Both the position numbers and the translations under genes were made by a program. Below the pieces are notes generated by a model. It saw only the letters and a list, made by a program, of their open reading frames with translations, had not been told where the DNA came from and made no database searches. From Epiperipatus broadwayi (taxonomy: Eukaryota; Animalia; Onychophora), in contig JAQFVV010000007.1 of the NCBI GenBank assembly GCA_028023455.1, positions 6,262,001 to 6,326,000 on the forward strand: a stretch of 64,000 nucleotides of DNA, read 5' to 3'. Of this stretch, positions 26,469 through 39,589 are shown piece by piece. Every line of letters starts with the position of its first letter. The first letter of the stretch is position 1.

Positions 26469-27526
26469 ACTATATTTTTATTACATGGAAGCTCCCAGAA
26501 ATATTACTATGAATTCATTTATCCATGAGAATATTAGAATTAATATATATATATATATTGTATGGGATTTGACAGTGAACTCCCAACTGAAAGACTGTTG
26601 ATGAATATACTAAAAGTTTTATTAGATAATAAATCTATTGCTGATATGTTTGTCTAGAATCAGTAACATTTCTTGTTCATCATCATTCATGCGAATACTT
26701 AGATCTTATCATCTATATATTACTACATATATGTTATTTAGTGTTGTTTAAATGGCCTGAGCTCCCTGGGCATCTTTCATTTGTTTTGGACTGGTACAAT
26801 TAACCAGGATCTCTTCATGCACCATCTCATTTGAGTTTATGGCTAAAAACTCTGGTTCAAATTCTTATTCTTTAAGTGTCAACAATTTCATTCAGTAACT
26901 TGCAGACATACTGGACTCATAGGCTGTATTTCATGACATATATCTGACTTTAAGTCATTTATTCAATTGATGCAATGCAAGAATGGAATTGAGACCATTG
27001 AAAACTTAACGATAGTTTAATTTAGGCAGCAAATGTATTGATATTCTCCACATCACGCAATTGATTTGATGATTTTCTAAAAAAAAAGAAAAAATAATAC
27101 CATCAAATAGGTATTCAATACTTATGGTTTATAATATTTCCATTGTACTTCATCTCTCAACAATTTAAACTGAATTAGAGATATACCCCCCCCCCCCAAT
27201 GCTTGATTGTTGTTTTAACTATGGGCTTATCAACTACTATATAATTTCCTGTAAGAAAATGTATATACAATATTACAATTTACCTGATATGTATATATAA
27301 ATGTACAATCCTTTTCAAAAAAATGCAAAAATAATAATGTAGTACAATAATAATAATAGTCGTAATTAAACAAATATAGATCTTATGATTATTTAACATA
27401 TGATAATATTAAAACAATCTTACCACTGTTCTTATTTATATAAGCACTTATAATTATTCCAGGAAATTCTTACTTTCTTATATATAATAAGTGTAATACT
27501 GCTTAAGGCTAAATGGATTTGTAAAT

Positions 27527-27682
27527 AATCACTAAAAACCAGTCCACACTTAGACAATCTCAATATCAATAACAATCAACAATTTCAAACCATTGTCAAG
27601 GTAACCTTTTGTTGCCTTGACAATGGTTTGAAATTGTTATTGATATTGGCATTGTCTAAGTGTTAACTGGTTTTTAATGATT
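27527..27682. repeat. 156-bp imperfect palindrome in PSMB6 intron 1
   Basis: Arms 27527-27605 and 27611-27682 pair apart from a 7-nt indel and a few mismatches. The loop is ctttt. Confidence 0.85.
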
Positions 27683-28873
27683 TCTTATATATATATATAT
27701 ATTTAAATGCAATCCTAGGACACTTCATTTATTTTTTTACCACTTAGTTGATGTGTCTTCAGGTGTACCAATCAGTAATTCTGATTGATCATTAATTGTA
27801 AATTTGTACTTGTTTAAATCATCATTTCAGACTGGTTGGCTATAGTTTCTTCTTTCATCACTATCCACTTATGGTTAGCTCTTACCACTTTTGTTTAATT
27901 TTGGAATACATCAGCAATTGTCAAACAAATCTCTGGGTTAGGGAAAACATATCCTCAATGATGGTGGGCATTAATTCATTTTCTTCTGTAATGCTTCATA
28001 ATAGAACAGAATTGAATACCACTATAGGAGAAAATTAGCAACTCATGTGATGGATACACGAATCATTAGTTTGTTTGGTACTTGAGTATTAAGGCTTCAA
28101 CGTAGGGAAGATAGGAGCCTTTTCACACCCACAATAAATGTATAATGTCGCGATGACGTCAAATTGAAAGGAAAAAATTCCTTCTGCTGTGCTTCCCTGC
28201 TCAAATATTTTCATTCACATTCTGACTAAAATTAATTATTCACACTCTTATTATAATATTCTTGCTTTTTCAAAAAAAAAATTTTTTTTAAAAATCTTTC
28301 CCAATTTCAAGCTATTTTACTTTCAAAAATATCTTTTTGATTAATCAATCCTTTAATTAAATTGTTTTTTTTTTTTTAACTAACCCTTTTACAAAAGTAA
28401 AAAAAATTAAATTCATCTATTAAAAAACAATATTCTATTTAAAAATTAGCTTTACTAATTTCAATTTTTTTAAAAAATATATGCAATTTTCAGCCCCTTC
28501 TCCCCAATATAATTTAATTACCTGCCTTTCCATTTAACTGATTGCTATTTAATTATTATAATTAAATTTTATTTTTATGAAAGTTATACTTCCCCAAATA
28601 CATTTATTCAGTTTTCCTCACCTCGCACTACATGAGAGTGTATTGACACATTCCAGATACCAAATCTGAAATAAAATTAACATTTTCTCTACCTCCAGCC
28701 TACACTCTTACTATTGTCCTCGCTTTTATTTATAGTTACTTTTTACAAGGGCTGCAATATGTATGTGTAAGTGATTACAATAATAACAACATAAAAATGA
28801 TTCTTCATAATTCTTATGTGCATAATAAACATTTACATATTTATATTATTATTTTTTTACATTTTAATTTAAG

Positions 28874-28941
28874 ACATCTATAATGGCTGTGGAATTTGAT
28901 GGAGGTGTCGTTCTTGGGGCAGATTCAAGAGCCACTACAGG
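28874..28941 (+). CDS. PSMB6: PSMB6 exon 2 (mature N-terminus, Thr1 and Asp17)
   Basis: tttaag|TSIMAVEFDGGVVLGADSRATTG|gtaagt, 68 bp. Confidence 0.97.
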
Positions 28942-31329
28942 GTAAGTTATATTTTGGAACTAGTATTACCATTACTACTAATAAGGTGTACTCATTCACT
29001 ATTTCAGATATGACTTTTTTTTCTTACTTTATTTTAAGATAGAATAAAATAAAGTAGGAAATTAATTACCTTAACATTAATCATCTTAATCAAATATATA
29101 TTTGTATTTTAATTGTTATCATTAAGTATTATATTTGATATTTATATTTTAAAAGTTTTATTTCTATTTTGATTATAGGATTTAGTCAACTAAAAACATG
29201 CACTGATATTACCCTGTTGTCCATTCAAATTTATTCTTATACTGATCTGTACAGTGATAGTGGAAAATCAGGCTTCTAATATAAAAAAGTGGTAGTTTAT
29301 AAAAAGTTTTCATGAGATAGATATAAAGATGCTATATTGCAAAAGTACTCAAACATGTCTGCAAGAGTCATGCATTAAAATTGTGATATATTCAAGAGCT
29401 GCAATTAAATTTTTGAACATTCAACAGAAACAAATATTTGATTATTTTTTTAATAAGAATTATTAATTGTAGAAACAATCGACTGAACAAAATCAATAAA
29501 AGAAGTATTTATTATTCACATGTGATTGTATCTGATTATAAAGAACTTTAAAATTTGGCTTATAATTGGCAAAATGAAGCTCACAATAGTTTTAAAATGT
29601 TCCTATGTCAGTTGTGCTTGATATTTTGATTTGACAAGCTTCATTGTTAAATATGAGTCATCTCAAAAATTGACATTAGTTTACAAGCCGTGTCTTTTAA
29701 ATGAGGAAACTGTTGGTAATAATTCTTTATTTTTCTGAATATAAATTAAAAATAATTACCTTATTGCTCGATGAAATTAATGGAATGGGTTGATGTTCAG
29801 AACATATTTGATGACATGAATTAAAAACTGTACAAATAATAACATTATTGGACAAAGTACAAACAAAAACTGAAACGACAAGTTTGAGCAGTGCGTTATA
29901 TTTCCAGGAAACTACAACAATAAAATCATAATCATTATTGAATTGCTACCAAAAAAGAATAAAACATGTATGGTTTCAAAATAAAATGTCACTATATTAT
30001 GTTAATATAAATTATTTTATGTTTTTATTTCAGAAGTTTCATGAGAGCTATATTGGTTGATCTAAAGAGCTGTTTGCAACTCGTGAGGGTAGGCTGGCTA
30101 TGTAGCTTAGAAGGTGGAATTTTTAAATTTAGATTACTAAACAAGTTAACTTATTAAATGCAGCAGCAGCTTAACAACTGTGTTGAAACCTGAACCTCCA
30201 ATGGTCTTTATGATGTTGCCATAATACATCTATTTTTTAAAAGTATTTATGTCTATTTTCTTATCTAAAAAATTAATAAGATATTTAAATTGGTTCACAT
30301 TCTCAACTGGATAACGATCCAGAATCAAAATTACTAATGATTTCTCCTTCATCAATGATTGCTAAAGCATGGAATTTCTAAATATTAATTACTAAACCAA
30401 AGTCTTTGTAGATTGCATTCCAAAGAGTAAAAATGTTTAAACATTGAACTTTGAATTCTCAAGGATGGCACAATTATCAGCGTATATAAATCTAGAAATC
30501 ACGAAGATTAAAAGATAAGGTATTCTATCCATGATAGAACTCCTTAATTTAAATTAATTATATCCGAGTATTATTTAGCCATATTTATTGTATGGAAATC
30601 AAATATGATTTTTTTTTTAACAATATAACAAAAATAAAACCTATTATTACAGTGATAAAGAAAGATGGGATTTGTTTAATTATAATAAAAGTACTAGAAA
30701 AATTATATTTGAAGATAATTTTGTCAAATTCTAAAATTATTGTGGCAAGTTCAATTGATTTTTTCTTCAATTTGTTAAATGATTAGATGTATTATTATGA
30801 GGTCGTATCTTTATTAGATTGGACATGTGAAGTGAACGAATTGCTTTGGATTTTTAAATAAACTTAATTTATAGTGAACTTCAGCCTGGTCTTCAGACTA
30901 TATGTTCTGAATAGATGCTTATTGATTGCTTTCATTGGAATACAATGAAGAGCTATATTTAGACAGGGTGTTTGAAGAACAAATTAAAAGACAGTATCAG
31001 AAGGTGTTAAATAAACGGACTAAAGAAAAAGCATATATTGTATATAAGCATGCTTATTCACTAATTGGTATATAATGCCATTGCAAAATTCTGTTTTTCT
31101 TTTTATTCTTTATTTTTTCTTCAACTGTTGCAATGGCCATGTCTTTTTGGATAAGTTAATTTTATGTATGAGAGATTATCCAAAAGTAACTAGAATTTTA
31201 TAATTAAAAACTGTTTATTTATCTTGAAGTGTTATAAATTGAATTTCCTTCAAAGTACTGTCCATGTAATATACTACCAACAGTAAACATATTTCTTACT
31301 TTTCAAAGTAGTATGGAAACATGGAGTGA

Positions 31330-31990
31330 CGCCTTTTAACTCTTGCATTGATTTTTTCTTTACTACTTCCATGTCCACAAAAAAAAAAAATGCATTTTTT
31401 TATTCAAGAAAATAAGAAGTCACACACTTAGAGATCGAGTGAATATGACTGATAGATAAGCTGTATCATGCAGAATTTAATTAAAAATTGTTTCTTATTT
31501 AAGACTACATGCAGAGACATTGTTGTGGTAAAACTTGCACTTCTCATTTTGCCACAAAACGGGACCTTTATATTTTACTGCATTACACAAATGTTTCAGA
31601 ACTAGTAGATAAAACATCTGACTGTTAAAAATTAATTTTAAGAGAAAAATGCAGTTTGCATCGGGAAAAAATATCAGCATTGTCTTGACAATGGATTTTT
31701 GTCACCATGCTTTTTGGGGGCATGGTAAATTTGACAATTTCAATAAACCATTAGCGAACTTGTGTTTTTCCTAAAACAGCTTTCTTGTAATCTGTTTCAA
31801 GCATTATAACTGCTTTCCCTGCTGTTTGCCTTAAAAAAAACAATAGAATTTCAAATTCCAACTTTTCAATCATTACATAAAAATTGACAAATCCATGAAA
31901 CACATTTTATAATAATAACTATAGCTTACTCCACTGCACATGCGCTTTACAGTTCGAACGCTAATTATAATGAATACTCTCCTTTCCAAA
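31330..31990 (-). mobile_element. Mariner-family transposon relic, internally deleted
   Basis: GKTAGKAVIMLETDYKKAVLGKTQVR*WF (HTH), SIVKTMLIFF, and YSLDL*VCDFLF (YSPDL motif). Confidence 0.75.
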
Positions 31991-32690
31991 CACAAGATAA
32001 AGTCTTTTAAAAGATAGAATGGATCCACTGTATTGTTTTCACCCAAACTATATGTATAGGAAATTCTGAAACATTTGGAACTGACAGCGTGAAGATTTAA
32101 TTAATCACTTAAAATTACTTATAATCTGATTTTTTGTTGGTGATGCTTGCAAATTTTTTTACTATTTACGATACGTCATTATTAAATGAAAACTTTAAAC
32201 ATATGTAAATATTTAATTTATATAGCACAGTGTTTTTATGTTATAATAATAACTGTAGCTTACTTCTGCACACTTTACAAAAAAATATACTATGTGGCAC
32301 CACTATTTCACTATTTGACAGATTAATGCAGAGGGTTACCAAGAGAGTTATGTAGCACAAAAACGTATGACAATAGACGCATTTACCAGAGAACAATTCC
32401 AGTTATTTTTGGGCTTCCCCCACCCTTATAAGGTCATATTTTATTTTCACATGCATGAAAGCAATTGCCATTTATGATGTGTTCGTGTACATAATATTTT
32501 TCAAAATTTTTGCATTTTATATTTGTTACAAATTATTTGATTAAGACTTTTTTAAGTAGAGTACTGATTATATTTATATTCTTTTAATGGTGGCTTTTAG
32601 TAAATGAATGAATAAGAGATTTTGTGGTAGTAAATTTTTATTATGATATAGTGCTGTGTAATTGCAATCTCCTGCTTATTCGTTCTACAA

Positions 32691-32950
32691 ACCAGGATGG
32701 ACAACCTCCAACTTGTGGGCCAACTTGCCTCTTGAAAATCTATAATCCTTTTTGCATCCAGTTTCTAAATATGCATAATAAACCAGTCTTTGATAAGTCT
32801 GCTTATTTATTTTTAATAAAGAGAAGAGAAATAAAACCTTCGGTCATATACTCTTCACGAATTTACATGCAGTCACCCATGAATTCAGTTTAAAAAAATA
32901 TGTGGCCCACTTACGTTTAGAGCTTATCATTATATAAGCCAGTCTCATTG
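32691..32950. mobile_element. Possible hAT-type MITE remnant
   Basis: caggatggacaacctccaacttgtgggcc start and gtggcccac subterminal motif resemble hAT MITE ends. No TSD confirmed. Confidence 0.3.
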
Positions 32951-33329
32951 TATTTTACTTGTTTTTGTTTGCAGTATATAATTATATCAAATATATTAAT
33001 AAATAATATAATGATAATTATAAATCTTGCTGAAATTAATAATTAAGGAAATGATAGATATTGAAATAACTTATTGTATATCATTCTTCTAAAAATCATG
33101 GCCCTCATCTACATCAGACAATTGTGAATTAGCTCACTATTAAAAAGTGACCCACTCCTAGTTTAAAGCTAAATTTAATCTATTGATCCTATATTGACAT
33201 ATCATATGAATAATTTTATATATTTCAAAATTATTTTTTTTATCAATATGTATGCTTTTAAGCCAAAGTGTAAATTTGAATTACAGAAACTTGTGCAGTT
33301 AAGATTTACATTTTATCATATTTATAAAT

Positions 33330-33530
33330 AATATTTCTGTAGTGTAATTTTCATTAAACCATTATCACGTAAGGTAGAGAATGGTTTCTATCCACTTGCA
33401 ACACCTTGTGGAGGGATGTAATCATAAACATATGATCAAAGACGTGAAAAAGATGATCCCCAAAATGCACATTTCATGGCGAACCAGCACTCATCAGTTA
33501 GCCCAGTCCACAATTTTTTACACATATCAT
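33330..33530 (-). mobile_element. Hammerhead-bearing short element, family Y
   Basis: Inverted homolog of 33770-33970. Shares the hammerhead head with family X but has a different body. Confidence 0.8.
33452..33513 (-). ncRNA. Extended type I hammerhead (family Y), helix II weakened
   Basis: UUGUGGAC-UGGG-CUAA CUGAUGA GUGCUG GUU CGCCAU GAAA UGUGCA UU^UUGG G GAUCAUC. Confidence 0.7.
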
Positions 33531-33641
33531 TCTTCACTCTCTCTCTATATATATAGATAGCAAATGACTACAATTTATTTGATAAGTGTCAAATGTGGAG
33601 CCCTTACAACTTTGACACAAATCACTTAATGAAAGTATATT

Positions 33642-34022
33642 AATAATTTTTATTAGTCACTTGTTAGACTAGAGATTATTCAATAATGAATATTTCTATA
33701 GTATAATTTTCATTACTCCACTCACGCAAGGTAGTCTGTTACTATATATATACTAAACCATGATAAAGATGTGTGTAAGAGATTGTGGTCTGGATCAACT
33801 GATGAATGCTGGTTCAGCATGAAATGTACATCATGGAGATTATAGATCTTTTTCACATGATTTTAGTCATATGTTTATGATTATATTCCTCCACAAGGTT
33901 TTAAAAGCAGATAGAAACCATTCCCTATTTTGCGTGAGAGTGGATAATGAAAATTACACTACAGAAATATCATTCATTATTGAATAATCTCTAATCTAAT
34001 GAGTGACTAATAAAAATTATTA
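33642..34022 (+). mobile_element. Family Y element with inverted 3' tail
   Basis: The tail 33925-34022 is repeated in inverted orientation at 33642-33735, enclosing the hammerhead. Confidence 0.82.
33784..33844 (+). ncRNA. Extended type I hammerhead ribozyme (family Y), intact core, sense to PSMB6
   Basis: UGUGGUC-UGGA-UCAA CUGAUGA AUGCUG GUU CAGCAU GAAA UGUACA UC^AUGG A GAUUAUA. Perfect 6-bp helix II, helix III palindrome AUGUACAU, A.A mismatch at the base of helix I. Confidence 0.85.
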
Positions 34023-35899
34023 ACTTACATTTTATCATATCTGTTTTGAAATTATTATTGTATTGGTTCAGCTAAAGAGCAAATTTACAAATCTTCTTTT
34101 AAAATCAGAACATTTCATACTTGCAGTCAATCTGGTTTATCCAAATAGATCTTTAATTACTACAATTATTTCAGATTTTCAAATAATCATTTAATAAGGT
34201 ATTGTTTAAACAAGTTTTAAAAACAATTGATAATGAAATAGCGAAATTTAATTAATTCTTTTGATAGTAAATAATAGTGAACAGTTGTCTTAGTATTGAA
34301 AGATGCTATCTGAAGAGATCCTGAATTAATTCTTGACTGAGGTAAAGTGGAAAAAAAAAACTAAACTAAAATTAATCAAACTAATTGAGTAGGACTGTTT
34401 TACCTTATCTGCTTCTGTGGTGCTCAAGTATTACATAACCTCTCCATAAATGAAGTAAATATAGTTACTATTTTCTATGAAAATAATATCTGTTGATATT
34501 CTTTAATAAACATTAAATCAAGAACTAATGGAAGTTGAATACCTAGTTAACATTTTGTAAAATTGGATAGTACAATTGACAAAACTTTCCATATTATAAA
34601 AATTAACAGAGACAAATCTATAGCTTTCCAAATTTCAAAATAATTTTTTATCTTTAGAAGTCTAAAAATAGTTTTGAAGTTGGCACGGATAGAATTTTTT
34701 ATTTCTTAATGAATTAGTATATCAATATATGAATATGTTAAAGTAAAATGTTGGCTTAATTGTTTCATCTTATTTAATACTATCAAAATTACTGCCTCTT
34801 AAAATAATCTTAGCCTTTTTATTTTTAATGAATTGATTAATTTGTTCAAAATTGTGTCATTGATAAAGTAGTATTCTTTTTAAACATTAACTTTGTCACT
34901 CAGCTAAGACAAATCATGACAGAAAATACTGAAATATTAGTTTCCTTAAAAGGTTTTGCTACTTAAATCAATAAAATGCACTCTTTTTTTAAAAAGTGAT
35001 CTGTCATAAAGGGTTTATATTTTAGTTTTTCGATTAGTTAAAAGATGGCGCTATTTTTCCTGTTGCATTGCTTCATGTAATTTAAATTTTAAACTTTGAA
35101 TTCGATCTTTGATTTCATGAATGGGGTCTTTTTAGTCAGTTATCTATATGAATTTTTTTTTATAAATATTTAAGATAATAGCATTATTTTTTTAAAAAAA
35201 TATATACGAAAATTAAATTTGTATATGAACTATTTGAAAACATTAGAGAGAAAAAAGAGTAAGTTTACATACAAAGAAGGAAATTTAACTGTATTGACTT
35301 AGCTCTGAGATTAATAAGGCAGTTACTATAAAACTATTATCTCATTGCCTTTTTCTACATTCATCTAAATTCCTAATTATTTATTTTGATGTAAAAATAT
35401 GTTGTTTGTTATAGATATACAAATAATATTCTTTGCAGCTTTTAATTGGAACTTCTATCAGTAGGTTAAGTGTATATAAAGAAAATGATATCGAAATCCT
35501 TGCAAAATAAATGTTAGGCAGAAATTTCAACTGAATTCAATTATTGATTAATTTTGCACTAAGATTTCGGTTCATTTCAAAATTATTTTAGAGAACTTCA
35601 GAAATGATATTTGTTCCCAAGAACATATTTGTATACTGTCACATTACTTCTGCTCTCCACTCAACTATTTTTTTGGCAAAATCTAAATTTTTTCCAAATA
35701 GATAGGTCAAAGGATCATATTATTTAATGTCATGTGAGTTTAATCAGTGTTCAATGTTTAGATTAAGAGATATGAAAAGCTTAGATCATTAATTTTTAGC
35801 CACCTAATAGAAAATGTTGTATTTTTTAAAATCATTGTCTCTGAAAGTTGGCTGCAAAAATAGTAGGATTTCTTAATTGCATTAGTTATTTCACTATGA

Positions 35900-36960
35900 T
35901 GAAATGCCCTTACTTTTAACTTAGTAAAGCACCGGCACCACATTGGAATCTGAGTAAACTATGAAGATATTTAAATTGATTTATATTCTCAAGTAAGTTG
36001 CTGAGGATATTTTTTTCTGTCTGGCTGATAAAGAACTTTAGTTTAATTACAAAACCAAAATCTTTATATCCCAAGTTCAAAATCTTTAGAATTAGCAAAA
36101 AATAGCACAATCATCATCATACTAAATTTAAAAATCAAAATGATGAAGTTTTAGTTTTCGCTTAATGTCCATTTGAATGAAAAATTCCACCATCAAACTT
36201 ATGTTGCATCTGCTAATTATTAAGCCACCTATAAAGAGTTCCAAAGATCACTCATGAATATTGAAAACAAAATGTGGAGCAAGTACACATCCTTGTTTAA
36301 ATCTAGTTTTCATTTCAAATGCCTCAGATTTTCCACCTGTAATAGTAATATTCATTCCATCATGTAGATATATAATGTGAATAAATTTTGTTGGACAACT
36401 AATTTCAAACTCCTATAGACATGTTTGATTAACTGACTGAATTGCCTTGACAAAATCAATAAAAGTGATATATAAATCACTTTATTGTTCCTGACACTTT
36501 TGGATTTACAAAAACCATGTCTATAGTACTTTTGGATTCTCTAAAACCATACTGAGTTTTTGGTAACCATTCATCTACGACTGGAGGCAACATCTCCAAC
36601 AAAATCCTTGAAAGTACTTTTGCTCTAGTAGATAATATTGATATTTTACAATAATTACTGCAATTCTTGTCTGTTTCTTTATTGTTTAAAATTGGAACAA
36701 TAGTAGCATCATAGGGTGGTACAAATTCATGAGTACATATCACCATATTTTAAAACTTTTCTAGGTATTTCTTTAGGATCTGGAACTTTTCCATTTTCAA
36801 GATTATAAAAAGTTATATTGACTTCTCTAAGCTGGATATCTATGAGCAAATGTAAATGGGTAAGTAAAAGGGATTAAAAGTTATCTCAATTTTAATATTA
36901 TTATTCAAAACTTCATCAAAATGCTTTCTTTCATTTGTTCAACATATTATTGCCATTATA
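35900..36960 (-). mobile_element. RTE-like LINE RT fragment
   Basis: DATIVPILNNK...CSNYCKISILST..KVLSRILL...LPKTQYGFRESKSTIDMVF, followed by FIDFVKA and downstream RT motifs. Confidence 0.85.
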
Positions 36961-37243
36961 TAAGAGAGTACCATTGCTGGATTTAATAGAGTTATGCAGT
37001 TAAGTGACAAAATCATAATATAGTACTAGTAATGAATATCCTGTTTTTCCTGAAAGTTTGTGATAATGGTGTTTTAGTTGTATTTATATATTGGACTATT
37101 TCCATCATCTAATATAAGTATTGAATATCTTGAGAAAAATTTAACTTTTTATTTAAATATTCCAAATACATTCAACTGTTAGTAATAGCACATAGGTTAG
37201 TATATGCACAATGTTTAGAGAGATATTATTCTCCCCTTTTCTT

Positions 37244-37305
37244 GAGGTGTTGCCAGCCTGATCAGTGGCATTACTACCATAGGGATTGAACCTGGACCCT
37301 TAGAT
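37244..37305 (-). mobile_element. tRNA-SINE fragment
   Basis: B-box GGTTCAATCCC preceded by aagggtcca on the minus strand. Confidence 0.35.
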
Positions 37306-37448
37306 TCTTAAAATATATAAATACATTTAAACGTATCCTGTCAAATTAGCAGTTAAGCAAAATTCTCTATTTGTATTCTTTACTCACTATATAAATTCTT
37401 TGGCTAACCAGATGCTGGTAGATATTTAGGAAATGTGGTTGAACTACC

Positions 37449-37680
37449 TTAATAATTTTTATTAGTCATTCATTAGACCAAAGATTATCCACTTCATATA
37501 TTTCTGTAATGATTTTCACTACACCACTCACGCAAAATAAGAATTTTTTTATCCGCATACATTTTTTTCACGTTTGTCATATGTTTATGATAACACTCTT
37601 CCATAAGGTGTTGAAAGCAGATAAAAACCAGTTCCTATCTTGTGTAAGAATGGTATAATAAAAATGATACTATAGAAATA
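37449..37680 (+). mobile_element. Family Y body (hammerhead lost) with inverted tail
   Basis: 37449-37535 is an inverted tail. 37560-37680 matches the Y body (tttttcacg..gtcatatgtttatga...aaggtgttgaaagcagataaaaacca). Confidence 0.7.
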
Positions 37681-38110
37681 TTTGGTCTCAAAACCCTTCA
37701 TTTTTTGGAATCCATTATAGTTATTTACTTGCAGATATTGTAATATTCTTTAATCTATATCATAAAATGATGCTTTGCATCTTCTAAATGTGTCTCCACA
37801 AACTCAAACTTAGAAAAATTTTTGACCTTTACTATCTAAAGATTGAAATAAATAATTTTACTGTGTTCATCTCTCTAGGACTTTTTATATTTTTTATGTG
37901 CTGTGCAAATAATAATAATAGAATTGTAGCTTCAGAAAATTTCCACATTAAAATGTAGGTAATGATTTAATCTAAATAATAAACATATGTAAACTCTTCA
38001 AATTGCATCATAATAATATAATAAAATTGCTCAATCGTTTCATATACTCATAATACTTTATTTAGTAGAATGACTTTTTACTCATGGGGAAAACTACAAA
38101 AGTAGAATCT

Positions 38111-39109
38111 TATATATAGAGCTTGCAAAATAAGCTCTTAACAAACTTTGCAGAATTATCCCCAACCCCAGACCAGGTTCTGCTACTGGCGTCCTCAGTG
38201 AGGTGCTAGGATATTCAAGCATTAGATTAAAAATACCAGGACAAGCCTAGCACTTTATCTAATGTAGTTATTAAGTAGAAAATCTGAAATTTTCAGACAT
38301 CCATATGTCTTCCAATCTAGCTATCTAACTTAAATAGCCATATGGGACTGAACTAAGTTCAGATACACCATATATTATTAGCTTTAGCAATATAAAATCA
38401 CCAAAGTCTTAATAGCAAAAAATAAAATTACAAAAAAATTAAGTCAGATGTCACATGACCTAATTTAATAAGCTTGTATTTACAAATGTTATATATAGAG
38501 CTTGCAAAATAAGCTCTTAACAAACTTTGCAGAATATTCCCAACCCCCGACTGGTTTCTGCTACTGGCGTCCTCTGTGAGGTGCTAGGATATTCAAGCAT
38601 TAGATTAAAAATACCAGGACAAGCCCAGCACTTTAACTATTAAGTAGAAAATCTGAAATTTTCAGACATCTATGTCTTCCAATCCAGCTATCTAGCTTAA
38701 ATAGCCATATGAGACTAAACTAAGTTCAGATATACCATGCTGACTTGATTATTTTGTAATTTTATTTTTTGCTAGGCTAATATATGGTGTATCTGAAATT
38801 AGTTCAGTCTCATATGGCTATTTAAGTTAGATAGCTGGATTGGAAGACATATGGATGTCCGAAAATTTCAAATTTTCTACTTAATAGTTATACATTAGAT
38901 AAAGTGCTGGGCTTGTGCTGGTATTTTTAATCTAATATTTGAATATCCTAGCACCTCACTGAGGACGCCAGTAGCAAAAACTGGTCTGGGATTGGGAATA
39001 TTCTGCAAAGCTTGTTAAGTGTTTATTTTGCGAGCTCTATATATAACATTTGTAAATACAAGCTTATTAAATTAGGTCACATGACATCTGACTTGATTTT
39101 TTTTTGTAA
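38111..39109. repeat. 379-bp-period tandem repeat that flips orientation at about 38740
   Basis: The unit starts at 38111 and again at 38490. 38741-39109 is the reverse complement of about one unit. Confidence 0.92.
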
Positions 39110-39517
39110 AAATAAAATCTGTACAGTGAAATAAAAACATAAGTAAAAACTTTGATATTGTGCCGACTTAGCAATTTTTCAAAATTACAATTATAAGAAG
39201 CAAGTAATCATAAACATTGATCAAGTTGTTCATAGATTAAAGAATTTTTGATTTTATGATATATCTAAAAATTCTGGTTTCTTCAGTATTTTGAATAGTA
39301 GGAAGATGTCATTTTGCATCCAATATTTTACAGTGTTAATAGTTATCAAAATTATATAGAGATCAACTGGTAGATTGCAAGCAATTGGTTGAGTATTTTC
39401 ATTAAAAGATCTTATTAATATTTAAACAGTGAGGATTGCCAATTCCTCTACAAGCTTTACGATAAATGCTTAGCCAGAGCCAGCACTTAAAATATCTCTG
39501 TCAGGAACCCCTCCAAA

Positions 39518-39560
39518 ACCCCTGACCATGGTTTCGTGCTTTGGCACTCCTCAGGGAGGT
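39518..39560 (-). ncRNA. Type I hammerhead ribozyme (family V), mirror copy
   Basis: Exact reverse complement of 39590-39632. Confidence 0.88.
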
Positions 39561-39589
39561 GTCAGGGTAGTGTCTGAACCTACCCTGAC

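Larger units (their letters stand above)
25831..26509 (+). mobile_element. Penelope-like element fragment (family Z): GIY-YIG C-terminus between inverted pseudo-LTRs
   Basis: ORF 26107-26388 (NHIINFNKTHILAKIEQYDQRLLREAIDIFKRPKSINEK). About 135-bp inverted arms at 25831-25967 and 26378-26509. Confidence 0.88.

Noticed and set aside
30585-30786. Overlapping short ORFs on both strands
   Set aside because: AT-rich low-complexity frames without splice context or homology.
38111-39109. CRISPR-like array
   Set aside because: Eukaryotic DNA; the units are long and contiguous, with no unique spacers.
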